A stretch of 63,226 bases of DNA, counting the filler, from Octopus bimaculoides (Eukaryota): the NCBI RefSeq assembly GCF_001194135.2. It is 6 parts of 5 records of this genome, joined end to end, with 100 filler letters (N's around TTAATTAATTAA, not from the genome) between each part and the next. Parts side by side here need not be neighbours in the genome. Positions count along the whole stretch, not along the records: positions 19,601 to 29,022 come from NC_068995.1; positions 29,123 to 38,573 come from NC_069005.1; 4 more parts are not named here. One strand, given 5' to 3'. The translations under genes were made by a program, and so were the position numbers. Shown piece by piece: positions 26,301 to 38,263 of this stretch; the first letter of the stretch is position 1, and each line of letters starts with the position of its first letter. The notes below the pieces were generated by a model, which was given only the letters and a program-made list of their open reading frames with translations, did not search any database and had not been told where the DNA came from.

Positions 26301-28342
26301 AGAATGGGCTACTCAACCTGAAGAAAATTTTAACTGGGTCCCATCTGCAAGGTCATGTGCTGTTTATCTAGATATGAGATCACTATGTTGTGCACATATG
26401 GTTGTGATGCATGTGCCTGGTGTATCCTTATCANNNNNNNNNNCACTATGTTGTGCACATATGGTTGTGATGCATGTGCCTGGTGTATCCTTATCAGACA
26501 GGTAGTCATGATGGGTATACTGGGTTTCATATATTTTACCCCAGTGTCACTTTGATAGCATGCACTGCTCTCTCACTCAATAATAATAATAATAATAATG
26601 AAAATCTTTTCTACTATAGGCAGAAGGCCTGAAATTTTGGGGGAAGGGGCAAGTTGATTACATCGACCCCAGTACTGAAATGGTACTTAATTTATCAACC
26701 CTGAAAGGATGAAAGGCAAAGTCAACCTCAGTGGTTTTTTAAAATCCAGAATGTAGTGACAGGTGAAATACCACTAAGCATTTCATCAAGCATGCTAATG
26801 ATTCTGCCAGCTCACTGCCATAATAATAACAATAATAATGATGGTTTCAAGTTTTGACACAAGGCTAACAATTTCAGAGGAGGGACCAAGTTGATTAAAT
26901 CAAACCCCAGTGCTCAACAAGCATTGTTTTATCAACCTGAGTGCTCAATAGAATTTGTTTCATTGACCCCAGTGTTCAGCAATACTTGATTTATCGACCC
27001 CAAAAGGATGAAAGGCGAAGTTGACCTCAGTAGAATTTGAACTCAGAACATGAAGCTGAATAATAAATAAATTTCAACAAAGAACAGGGATAATAGCAGC
27101 AATGCGATGATGTCATTCTACTAATTCAAAGTGGGTTAGAGAAATGGAAAAAAAAGAGGATTTGCAACGGCTGCAGCAGCAGAACAGCGCGCGACTGCTG
27201 AAACCGTTTCCCACAACGACTGGAGGCACTGGGCCGCCGGCGGACGCTGGAGAGGAAGGAAGGAAGACAAGAGAGTTATTGAGGTTCGTGGAGCCGCAAA
27301 GTGTGCAGCACCGTCAGACTAGCGCACTGTATACGGGCGGGCACAGGCTGGGTGAAAAAATTGAAGGCTTCGCTGGTGAGCAATCTGAGAGTTTGTAAAA
27401 AAAGATGAGAGACAAAAGCAGAAACAGAAGTTTCTTAACCCTTTAGCATTTAAACCAACCATATCTGACCCAAATATTCTTCCTGTGTTATGTTCAAACT
27501 AGCCAGAACTGGCCTCTTACACATACCCTACAATGCCATACCTGCCTTGTTGATTGTGCAATGGTAAATTACGAAAATAATGAGGCTAGTGTATTTACCC
27601 CAAGAGCGCAGTGAAACAGATACCCAGGTTTGTGAAAGTAATGTTAGTACATTAAATGCAAAGTGTGAACGAGTAGTGTGTGTTTGTGTGACTTGTTGGT
27701 TGTGCAATGGTAAATTTAGGAAAACGGTAAGGCTAGTGTATTGATTGCATAGAATAGCCAATACAGATTGGAGGTCAAAAGTACCTATGAAATCAAGAGA
27801 CCAAAGCATTCTTAGAAAAAGTATTTGGTACAGTTTTAACCCTTTAGCATTCAGATTATTCTATCAAATGTAATGCTTATACATTCAAATTATTTGATTT
27901 ACTCATGCTTTGTCTTGTAGCTTTGAGATTTCAATGATGTGACTGGTGTTGGTTTGTTTACATTCCTGTAAATTAGTAGTTCAGCGAAAAGAAACTGACA
28001 GGATAAATACCAAACATTAAAAAGTAAATACTAAATACTGGGGTCAATAATTTATTCAACTAAAACCCTTCAAGGTAGAGTCCCAGCATAGTCGCAGACC
28101 AATGATTGAAACAAATAAAAGATAAAAGATTGTACCCAAAAGTTTAATGCTCAGTGATGGATTTAACTTTATTCATCTGCTAGTTTTGCAATTTTGCACT
28201 TCACATTGCATACATGCATACAGCGTAATACAAAGAGAACCGAGAGTTTTGGCAGTCTGACTCCTGGACATAGGAAAGGCACTTGACTGGCTGATGTCTT
28301 CATACAAAAATCAACAGGACTGATATTAGTATAGCTTTTTAA

Positions 28343-28563
28343 CCCTTTTGTTACCGTATTTATTTTGAGATGCTCTGTTTTTCTTTCAATTACGTTAAAT
28401 ATAACAAAGAATTTAGTAAAATAACTTAGTTATCATTCTGCTAGTGTTAGGAACATAAATTGTGACTAAGGTTTGGTGGAAGATTTTAATTCAAAACTTA
28501 TGAAAACAAGACATTTGTCCTCAGAGTCAGAGCCGGTTTCAGCCGGGGTTGGTATCAAAAGGG
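28343..28563. mobile_element. piggyBac-like MITE flanked by TTAA
   Basis: TTAA|CCCTTTTGTTACC ... GGTATCAAAAGGG|TTAA. A second family ending AAAGGG|TTAA occurs at about 20955-21187, 23380-23555, 27436, 27836 and 51810-52010. Confidence 0.75.
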
Positions 28564-28964
28564 TTAAGGATAAGGATGAAAGGCACTGTTAAATATGAAT
28601 AAAGTAGTAAAGTTATTGACTACAATGGCTACAGTGTTTAAACCAATGTGTTGTTTGGGTGTGCCTAAGAAATCACATTACTCGTATGAGCTCACCGAAA
28701 TAGGCACCCAGCAGTGATGAGGAACAAACACAAAGACACACACCTATAGATTTTTTTTTCTTTTTACTTGTTTCAGTTATTTGACTGCAGCCATGCTGGA
28801 GTACTGCCTTTTTGTCAAACAAATCGACCCCAGGACTTAATCTTTGTAAGCCTAGTACTTATTTTATCGGTCTTTTTGGCTGAACCATTAAGTTATGGGG
28901 ATGTAAACATACCAACACCAGTTGTCAAGTGATGGTGGGGGGGACAAACACAGACACACATACA

Positions 28965-29022
<58 letters not shown>

Positions 29023-29269
29023 NNNNNNNNNNNNNNNNNNNNNNNNNNNNNNNNNNNNNNNNNNNNTTAATTAATTAANNNNNNNNNNNNNNNNNNNNNN
29101 NNNNNNNNNNNNNNNNNNNNNNTCTCTCTTTCTCTCTCTCTCTGAAAGTATCTGTCATTACAGTATCGAAATGTGATTGTTTCAGTTAGTAGAATAGTTT
29201 CATTTTTAAAGTGAAAGTATTTGACATGAGTGTTTTTGTTTCACTTTTAACACGTAATTCTTAAATAGT

Positions 29270-29462
29270 GGAGGAGATATTATGTTGCTGTGGGCTCGAA
29301 CTCTGCAAGAAGTTAAACATTTTTTTGACTAAAACACAACTGGAACCCTAAGTAAAGCATCTGTAAAATTTGAATGAAATTGGTTCCGTAGTTCTCGAGT
29401 TTTAGGGATTCACACAGACAGACAGACAGACAGACACACATTCTCATTTTTATATATATAGA
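29270..29462 (-). mobile_element. Non-autonomous Helitron 5' portion
   Basis: Minus strand begins A|TCTATATATATAAAAATGAGAATGTGTGTCTGTCTGTCTG..., the usual TC 5' terminus followed by a (CTGT)n tract. Confidence 0.65.
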
Positions 29463-29794
29463 TTATGAAGATAAGCAAATCCATTTCAAATAAAAACATA
29501 ATGTAGTATCCTAGTGTGAAGCCCTGCTTCGGTCATGAATGACCATGGGATTGCACCTAGAAAGTTACCCTCTGAGGTATGAGTCTAGGCAAGGTTGCTT
29601 ATAGAAAACCAGCAGTTGCCCATACATACCAGCCTTCCCTCTCCATGTTACTGATGTTATCCTAGGGAAAGGCAAAGGGGCCGGTACAGACAATTTTTTT
29701 GCTCTCACAAAACACATCTTCCCTTGGCCAATTTTTTTTACTACATATATGTTGTGGATAATTAATTGTCATTGCTGTTGGATTTGACTTTAAG

Positions 29795-30990
29795 ATGTCT
29801 GGAAAGATACTATTAAGTAGACCTGAAGGCAGTAGTGCAAAAAAGAACCGTAAAGGGATTACATTGGATATTAAATTTGATGTTTTAAAAAGACTTGATG
29901 CAGAAGCAAGACTAGGTTTGCCAAAACATTACATCTTGCAATATCTATAGTGAAAACAATACATGACAACAGAGAGAAAATTATGTCAAGTGCTCAAAAA
30001 GCTACTCTGTTAAACTTGGACCTTATTTTTCCATGGATCTAATATAATGCTTAAAATGGAGTGACACTTGAGTGTATGGATTGAGGAATAGAATTGACAT
30101 AATGTGGCAATAGATATCATCATCATCATCATCGTTTAACGTCCGCTTTCCATGCTAGCATGGGTTGGACGATTTGACTGAGGACTAGTGAAACCAGATG
30201 GCTACGCCAGGCTCCAATCTGATATGATAGTAATTAAAAAGAAAGCCAAAAGTTTATATGATGTTTGCTGAAAAAAGAAGGTGAATCTTATGAAAAACCT
30301 TTTTTGGTTTGTAAAGGTTGCTTTGAAAGGTTTAAGAAGTGCATGACTTTGCACAACATAAAAATGACTGGTGAAACAGTGAGTGCTGGTATAGAGGCTG
30401 CTACAAATTATACTGAGCAGGTGAAGAAAATGATTGTTGAAGGGGGAAACACACAGGAGCAAGCATACAATGTTGTTGAGACTGCAGTTTTCTGGAAGTG
30501 CATGCCCGCTAGAACTTTTATTTCTTGAGAAGAAAAATCAACATCAGGATTTAATGCTTCCTAAAAAAAGAGTGATTTACAAATGTTTTTGTAAAGGTAC
30601 AGTGCCAGACACAATATTTCCAACAAAGCATTGCTTCTTTGAGACAATGCATTGAGGCACCCAGCAAACTCAGATGGCTTTTCTGATAATGTGAGAGTAG
30701 AACATATCCCCAAGAACACTACTCCTTTGCTACAGCCACTGGATCAATTTGTGATAGCTAACTTCAAGGTATATTATATGAGAATTTTTAAACAACTTAT
30801 GAAAGCAACTGGCAGAGACAATAAACCTACAATTAAAGATTTCTGGAAGAGATTCAACATAATGGATGCTGTGGAAAATATAGTTGACTTGTGAGATGAA
30901 GTGAAACCTTCAACTTTGAACAGAGCTTGGAAAAATATATGGTCAGACTGTATCCATTACATTACAAGTTTTCCTCAGGCAGAAAGTTTA
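29795..30990 (+). mobile_element. Tigger/pogo-like DDE_1 transposase pseudogene
   Basis: HTH start MSGKILLSRPEGSSAKKNRKGITLDIKFDVLKRLD; KGCFERFKK...LHNIKMTGETVSA; YNVVETAVFWKCMPARTFIS; PKNTTPLLQPLDQFVIANFKVYY. Multiple stops and frameshifts. Confidence 0.92.
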
Positions 30991-31029
30991 CATTGAATTT
31001 GGAAAGATATTGTGACACTTGCAGAGGAC

Positions 31030-31464
31030 ATAGGATTTGAGGAGACTTGTTGTCATCAAACCTCAAGATAGAATACCTGCTAACTAATTCCGCATGCACT
31101 ACCATAATGATGATGATGATGAAGACGACGACGTACCAGGCAGTGATACTCATGGCTTCTAATTTTAACTGACTGGAAATGTTATCATTCTGATAAATAT
31201 CAGAACCAAGCCAGAGAGCTGAGGAGACTGTGGAAGACCAAGACAACAGTTATTGCTGTAGTAATTGGTGTATTTGGCACAACACCCAAACTGTTACCTA
31301 AAAGACTGAAAGAAACTGGAATTGAAGTTTGTGTTGTCAACATGCAGAAAAGCACCATCCGGTATTCTGCTAGAATTTTAAGAACGGTGCTTGAGATTTG
31401 AGGAGACTCGTTGCCATCAAACCTCAAGATAGAATACCTGCTAACTAAATTAACATGCACTAGT

Positions 31465-31503
<39 letters not shown>

Positions 31504-31505
31504 AT
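31030..31505 (+). mobile_element. Two tandem 3' ends of an R4/Dong-like (RLE) non-LTR element
   Basis: TVIAVVIGVFGTTPKLLPKRLKETGIEVCVVNMQKSTIRYSARILRTVL matches the PVIIGALG...LQK...ARILR RLE C-terminus. The 3' UTR GAGGAGACT..CATCAAACCTCAAGATAGAATACCTG occurs twice. Confidence 0.75.
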
Positions 31506-32210
31506 AATCCTTTCTACTAAAGGCACAACGGACTTGAAATTTTTTTGATGAGGGGGATTAGTCGATGACTGGTACTTAATTTATCGACCCTGAAAAGATG
31601 AAAGGCAAAGTTAACCTTGGCAGAGTTTGAATTCAGAATGTAAAGACAAACAAAATGCTGCCAAGCATTTTGCCCAGCATGCTAACATTTCTGCCTGCTT
31701 GCTGCCTTAATTATAATAATAATAATAATAATGGTAATAATCCTTTCTATTATAGGCACAAGGCCTGAAATTTGGGGGAGGGGGACTAGTTGATTACATC
31801 GACCCCAGTGTTTCACTGGTACTTAATTTGTCGACACCGAAAGGATGAAAGGCAAAGTCAACCTCAGTAGAATTTGAACTCAGAACATAGCGACAGGCAA
31901 AATACTGCTAAGCATTTCATCCAGCATGCTAACGATATTGCTAGGTCACTGCCTTAAATAGTAATAATAATAAGGGTAATAATAATATTAATGGTTTCAA
32001 ATTTTGCCACAAGGGCAGCCGTTTTGGGGGGAAGGGATGAGTTGATTACATCGACCCCAGTATTCAACTGGTACTTATTTTATCGACCCCAAAAGGATGA
32101 AAAGCAAAGTTGACTTTGGTGGAATTTGAACTCAGAACATAGTGACAGGTGAAATACCACTCAGTATTTCGTCCAGCGTGTTAATGATTCTGCCAGCTCG
32201 GCACCTTAAT
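31505..32210 (-). mobile_element. Head-to-tail train of tRNA-derived SINE family A copies separated by (TAA)n
   Basis: Three consecutive copies of the AAGGCAGTGAGCTGGCAGAA...GACTTTGCCTTTCATCCTTT...AAGTACCAGT family. Other copies at about 5790, 17505, 18375, 22575, 26600-27055, 36265, 36530, 39425, 44550, 48410, 50553, 52470 and 62670-63226. Confidence 0.9.
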
Positions 32211-32379
32211 AATAGTAATAATATTGATGATGATATCTAACCTTGGTACAAGAACACATATTGCATGAGGAAACAAGGGATTATATACATCCACATTCTA
32301 GTACATGACTGATACCTAATTGGATCTATCCCAGTAGTTGACTGGTACTTTATTTTATCAGCACCTTTCAAAGTTTATT

Positions 32380-32472
32380 GTTACACACTCAAGCATCCTA
32401 AACCCAAATTACAGTATTGTTCACATATCTGGAATAGTGCTGCTGTTACACACACACACACACACACACACA

Positions 32473-32566
<94 letters not shown>

Positions 32567-33090
32567 GCATTCCTGTACTGCTGGCATATCTGGGGCAGTG
32601 CTGCAATTATGCACAGAAACATCGTAGACCCACATCACACATCAGTACTGCTCACATATGTCGGACAGTGCTGCAATTACATACAAACATCTTAGATGCA
32701 CATTACACTTTTCAATTACCTGAGACAATGTTACTGTTACACAAGCATCCTAGATTTACATACATTACAGCCTGGTGTAGTCATCTGGTTCACCAGTCCT
32801 CAGTCAAATCGTCCAATCCATGCTAGCATGGAAAGCGGATGTTAAACGATGATGATGATGATGATGATGATGACTGCTGTTCTACATATATATACACACT
32901 TCATCCACATTACAGTACTGCTGATATATCTAGGACAGTGTTACTGTTATATACACAAACATGTCAGGTCAACATTATAGTACTACTCATGGTGATGAGA
33001 TATTAGTGCTATTACACACACATACACACAAGCATCGTAAACCCACTTTGCAGTAATGCTCACATGTCTAGACTAGGCCCATATTACACT
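32380..33090. repeat. Degenerate minisatellite with a unit of about 60-65 bp
   Basis: Recurring unit approximately CACAAGCATCCTAGACCCACATTACAGTACTGCTCACATATCTAGGACAGTGCTGCTGTTACA, interrupted by CA/CT microsatellites and a truncated SINE. Confidence 0.7.
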
Positions 33091-34485
33091 ATCATTATTC
33101 ATATATTCTGCTGTTCCAAACATCCTGAACTACATCCCAAAGGAAGCCAGTCACCTGACTGGAAAAGATTTGCTCACTTCACTGGCTCAATAGACACACA
33201 GTTTCTTCTCTCTCTGCTCCAGTCTCAAACACAAAGGTAAGCAAATTATAGGACTTATACACTTCATCAAGCTGGCTATGAATTCACACTCTGATACTAA
33301 CCAGTTATATGCAGTGTGTAAATTTATTGCTTGTTAGCAGTGGTGTGTAAGGCTTATAGTTGGTTAAGCAACGGTGTATATATATATAACCAATAAGTCC
33401 GTATATAGCTAACTGTAGAGTGTAAGTTCATAAATAGCTGACCTTAGTATGAAATTGCATGTCATGTGGTTAAGTAATGTACACTCCCATACCAACATCA
33501 TCATCATCATTATAACGTCCACTTTTCTATGTTTGCATGTGTCAAAGTTTATTAAGGCAAATTTTCTATGAGCATATGCTTGCACATACATGCATACATA
33601 CATACATGCATGCATACATACATACATGCATGCATACATACATACATACCGAGACCTTTGGAAATATGCTGTGCTTGAGAAGACCCGGCAAGCCAAGTGA
33701 GACCATAATTCGTGGCCTATGCCAGTGGTGTAACCAGCCCACTTATGCGTACCTTTCCTTCATTGGACACTAAACTCTGCTTGCGAAGACCTGATGAGGC
33801 AAGTGAAATTGAAATCAAATTCGATGACAACACCACATGACTGGCATCCATGCTAGTGGAGCACTAAGAGCACCATCTGAGCGGGATCATTGCCAGGGCC
33901 ACTGACTGGCTCCCATGCTGGTGGCACGTAAAAGACACCATTTGAGCGTGGCTGTTGCCAGTACTGCCTGATTGGCCCCTGTGCCGGTGGCACGAAAAGC
34001 ATCCACTACACTCTTGAAGTGGTTGGCATTATGAAGAGCATCCAGCTGTAGAAACTCTGCCAGATCAGATTGGAGCCTGGTGCAGCCATCTGGTTCGCCA
34101 GTCCTCAGTCAAACCATCCAGCCAATGCCAGTATGGAAAGCGGATGTTAAATGATGATGATGATACATACATACATACATGCAAACAAACAAACAAACAA
34201 ACAAACGACTTGCCCAAGGTGCCACACTGTGGGACTGAACCCAAAACCATGTGTTTGGGAATTAAACTTCTTAACCACACAGTTATATCTGCACCTATCA
34301 GTTATGTCTGCATCTATAAGTCACATAAATTCATATGTAGTTGACAGTAGTGTGTAAACCCGTAACTGACTAACACATAGTGCTGCACTGTTTGCTCCTC
34401 ATTATATATGACGTTACTCTGTTCACTTTTTCCTCTGTCCGAGTGTCCAGCCCCTATAAATGTGTCTTACTGTGTCTACTTGCAG

Positions 34486-34594
34486 TGCTGATGACCAACG
34501 TGAGAAGATGAAGAAGGAAGCAAAAGAGGCCAATCTAAAGGCTCGACGCATTAAACTGTCAACCATGTTACTTCACGAGAATAAACAGTATGAG
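34486..34594 (+). CDS. TCHP: Trichoplein keratin filament-binding protein, internal exon
   Basis: ttgcag acceptor, GAG|GTAAAA donor. Encodes ADDQREKMKKEAKEANLKARRIKLSTMLLHENKQYE, similar to human [28 protein letters not shown] as recalled. Confidence 0.85.
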
Positions 34595-35377
34595 GTAAAA
34601 TATGCTTTAGACTTAGGGTAACTGTTGAGGTTGATTTCATGGTTTATATTGTTGAATACATTGAAAGCATGATGAATGTATTGTACAAAACTTGTGAAGA
34701 ATCAATGAAACCCATCACACTGTTGCAAAGTCTCAAAGAAAATGAAAGAGTTATATTTCTAGGAAACTGCTCAATTATGGTTGTTTGTTCATTTAATCAT
34801 TTTTCCATGCTCTTATAAGTTGCATGGGGGCTTATTTGAAGCTGAGTTTTAGTTAAATTCTCTTCCTGTTATTAGCCACTTATCTGTTTTCCAAGTAAGC
34901 AATTTATTTTATTCCACAAAAATTTTGAAACCAACAAAGTAACCAGTTGACATCAACTGCTTCACTGGGCCATAGATAACTGCAGCTGTGGAATGCCAAT
35001 TTCCATGCGCACCAATTACACACATGCATGTGCATGTGTGCATGTACAAGGGGCTGAATTAAGACTGATACAAGCTCTAAGTACTTAAAAGATATGTATG
35101 TCCCCATACATATGTATTTCAAAATGTAAACAATAATAAACCATAAGATAAATTCTTATTTTTCAAAATGAAACAAAATTAATAGTAAGAAGGAAAATAA
35201 TATTTATTTTTGTATACTTCCATTTTTGAGATATTCACAAATGTCTTTAGTTCACAGCAGGGCCAGATTAAGACCCTTAGAGACCCTAAGCTCTTGAAAT
35301 ATTTTGGTGTCCCCGTATATATGTAAGTCAAAATATAAACAATAATAAACCATAAAATAAATTTTTATTTTTGTACA

Positions 35378-35516
35378 GAGCTCCTACCTCTGTTTGTAAT
35401 GAAGGGCCTCTCGCTCAGCATGAAAGGTAGACTCTATGATACCTGTATGTGAACAGCCATGCTACATGGCAGCGAAACATGGGCTGTGACTGCTGAGGAC
35501 ATGCATAGGCTTGTAA
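35378..35516 (+). mobile_element. RTE LINE post-RT fragment
   Basis: ELLPLFVMKGLSLSMKGRLYDTCM*TAMLHGSETWAVTAEDMHRL. Confidence 0.85.
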
Positions 35517-35790
35517 GAAAAATTGACACTGGAGGAGTTGAAAATCGAGCAAGAACAGTATGTCCCAGGTCAGTCAGGACTTCCAGGCTCCAGAAAATCA
35601 TTAGTTCCAGAGTTCACAGAAATCCAAAGTGCTCCATGAGAAAGATGGCTGCTGAGCTGGGAGTTTCAAGAGAATCTTTGAGGCAAGTTGCCAAAAGTGA
35701 CTTGGGACTTGCTTCATTGAAATGATGAAAAGTTCACAGCCTAACAACTGCTTCAAGGGGGAAGAGACTCACAAGAAGTCATGCACCACT
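35517..35790 (+). mobile_element. maT/Tc1-mariner transposase N-terminal HTH remnant
   Basis: DTGGVENRAR..PRSVRTSRLQKIISSRVHRNPKCSMRKMAAELGVSRESLRQVAKSDLGL. Confidence 0.8.
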
Positions 35791-36049
35791 TGAGTGGCTC
35801 ACCAAGTAACTTGCAAGACAAATATCCTTTGTTGGAGGAGGTGATCTTGTGCCAGATGATGATAGGTTAGAGTAACAGAGAGACAGAGAAGCAGAAACGG
35901 GTGTCTTGCTGTAAATAAGGTACATGGTTACCTGGCCAGAGAGAGAGAGGGAGAGAGAGAATGATAAAATTAGAAATATTGTAAGTCATTTTCAGAATAA
36001 TAAAGGTTGTTCTAAAGCGTCTTCAGCACTTCTTTTATTCTTTTAAAAG

Positions 36050-36154
36050 ATTGAACTGAAACAGCAGACACCTCGAAAGAATTATGAACTTCTGGACCAG
36101 ATGAAGGAACGTGTTGAAACTCTACATAGTGCTCGAGAAATAAAACGTAAACAG
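36050..36154 (+). CDS. TCHP: Trichoplein internal exon
   Basis: Phase 0/0, 105 nt. Encodes IELKQQTPRKNYELLDQMKERVETLHSAREIKRKQ (compare LKSAKEEQRKL). In frame with both flanking exons. Confidence 0.85.
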
Positions 36155-37412
36155 GTTTGTGTTGGCACCAAAATGTTTGCATATTTGTTCTTTTGTTGTT
36201 TCATGTTTGTTTATATATTTTCCTTTTTTATTTTCTTTTTTTCTCCCTCTCTTTAATATTTCTTATTTCTTTATTGCCCACAAGGGGCTAAACATAGAGG
36301 GGACAAACAAGGACAGACAAAGGGATTAAGTCGATTACATCGACCCCAGTGCAGAACTGGTACTTAATTTATCGACCCTGAAAGGATGAAAGGCAAAGTC
36401 GACCTCAGCGGAATTTGAGCTCAGAACGTAACGTAACGGCAGACGAAATACCGCTTAGCATTTCGCCCGACGTGCTAACGATTCTGCCAGCTCACTGCTT
36501 TAATATTTCTTTAATATTTCTATACTGATTTAAGGCAGCGAGCCAGCAGAATCATTAACATGCCAGACAAAATGTTTAATGGTATTTCGGCTGTCTTTAT
36601 GTTTTGAGTTCAAATTCCATTGAGGTTGATTTTGCCTTTCATCCTTTCAGAGCCAATAAAATAGGTACCATTTGTATACTGGGGTCGATGTAATTGACTA
36701 GCCTCATCCCCCAAAATTTCAGGCCTTGTTCCTCTAGTAGAAAGGAATATTTCTATACTGATTTCAGTCACTGGACTGTGGCTATGCTGGGGCACTGTAT
36801 ACAGTTAAGTACTGGTGTAACAAATTGGAAGTGGGTGACAATGTATTTAAGTCACCATAGTAACAGAATCTATCAAATACTTCCAGGAAGCTTTCTGAGC
36901 ATTTAAAACATTTTATCTAATATGTACTCTTACTGAGCAATTCTCTTGTACGTCAGCTACATATGAAGTTTATCTTCTTGTCAGCCTGCTTGTGACCCCT
37001 TTACACTTGATGGAGGTTCACAGTTTACATTGTATGGAATTTTCACCAGGCATGGCTGTGTGGTTAAGATGCTCACTTTGCAACCACGTAGTTTCAGGTT
37101 CAGTCTCACTGCACAGCAGCTTCTACTATAACCTTGAGCCAACCAATGCCTTGTGAAGGAATTTGGTGGATGGAAACTGTGTGGAAGGCTGTTATATACA
37201 AATACACAAGCGTAAGTAAAGAATTATACGCTCTCTTGTTTATGTAATTTATTAAAACAAAAGCAGGAGTTGAACAGTTACCTTGTGTAGACGTGTGTGT
37301 GAGTGGATTGAGGAGTTTACTACAGTGTCACCTTTCACCTAGCTAGAGCGACAGATCTGGTTTGTAGCCCTTGAAAGATTATTGTGTAGTAACTTCAAGG
37401 TGGTGGTGGTGC

Positions 37413-37491
37413 TTCTTCTTCTTCTTCTTCCACTTCTTCTTCTTTTTCTTTTTCTTCTTCTTCTTCTTCGTCTTCTTATTCTTCTTCTTTC

Positions 37492-37522
<31 letters not shown>

Positions 37523-37640
37523 CTTCTTCTTCTTCTTCTTCTTCTTCTTCTTCTTCTTCTTCTTCTTCTTCTTCTTCTTCTTCTTCTTCTTCTTCTTCTT
37601 CTTCTTCTTCTTCTTCTTCTTCTTCTTCTTCTTCTTCCTC
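37413..37640. repeat. Long (CTT)n repeat in a TCHP intron
   Basis: Direct reading. It explains the poly-F and poly-L ORFs. Confidence 0.97.
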
Positions 37641-37799
37641 CACATGGATCTACTATACCTCTAGATGCACATTTGGTCAGGTACTATTTCAGCCTCCATA
37701 TCTTCCTTCTTCATATTGTCCTTGGTTTCTAGATCTGTCCAGCTCTTCCGCTTCCTCTGAAATCAATAATCAAATAATCACCAGTTTCTGGTGAATGAT

Positions 37800-38060
37800 G
37801 CATTCTTTCTTCACCAGGAAAGAACTTAACGATGGCAGCCATCTCTCCATCTCTCCATTTTCTGGTGGGAATAAAACCTATCTGGCATGTACATGTTTAC
37901 CTGATTAGCAGATGATCAAGGTGGCTGGCGCTGGTTTCTTGAAATGGTTAGCTCATTTGCTTCACAGTACTCCAGGAGCCTTGATCTCTCCTCATTCCAT
38001 ACACCGTATCCATTGCCTGGTGTTGCCTTGATATATGCATTAAAGTTACCAGCCATGGAC
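37800..38060 (-). mobile_element. RTE LINE endonuclease C-terminal fragment
   Basis: MAGNFNAYI...GYGVWNEERSRLLEYCEANELTI resembles GDFNGHVG...RNEEGxRLLEFCxANxL. Confidence 0.7.
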
Positions 38061-38206
38061 ACTTCCTCACTCTCTCCTATTACTGTCTCTTTTTTTTTAT
38101 CTTTGTCTCTATTATACCCTTTCACTCCTTCCTTTATCACTCTCGATCATTCTCTCTCACTCACTCACATCTGTCTCTTTCACTCGCTTATTATTGTCTC
38201 TTTCAG

Positions 38207-38263
38207 TTGGCAGATGAGAAATTACTGGAACATTGGCAAAAAAATGCTCCTGAAATTCAACAG
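38207..38263 (+). CDS. TCHP: Trichoplein internal exon (57 nt)
   Basis: tctctttcag acceptor, CAG|GTCAGT donor. Encodes LADEKLLEHWQKNAPEIQQ, compared with human IAEQLLYEHWKKNNPKLRE. Confidence 0.9.

Noticed and set aside
26383-26494. Apparent 51-bp tandem duplication
   Set aside because: The copies are identical and flank a 10-N gap (26434-26443); assembly artefact.
33790-33815. CTGATGAG...GAAA hammerhead-like string
   Set aside because: The other copy of this SINE segment (about 56431) reads CTGTTGAG, and no stem I or stem II pairing is present; chance point mutation.
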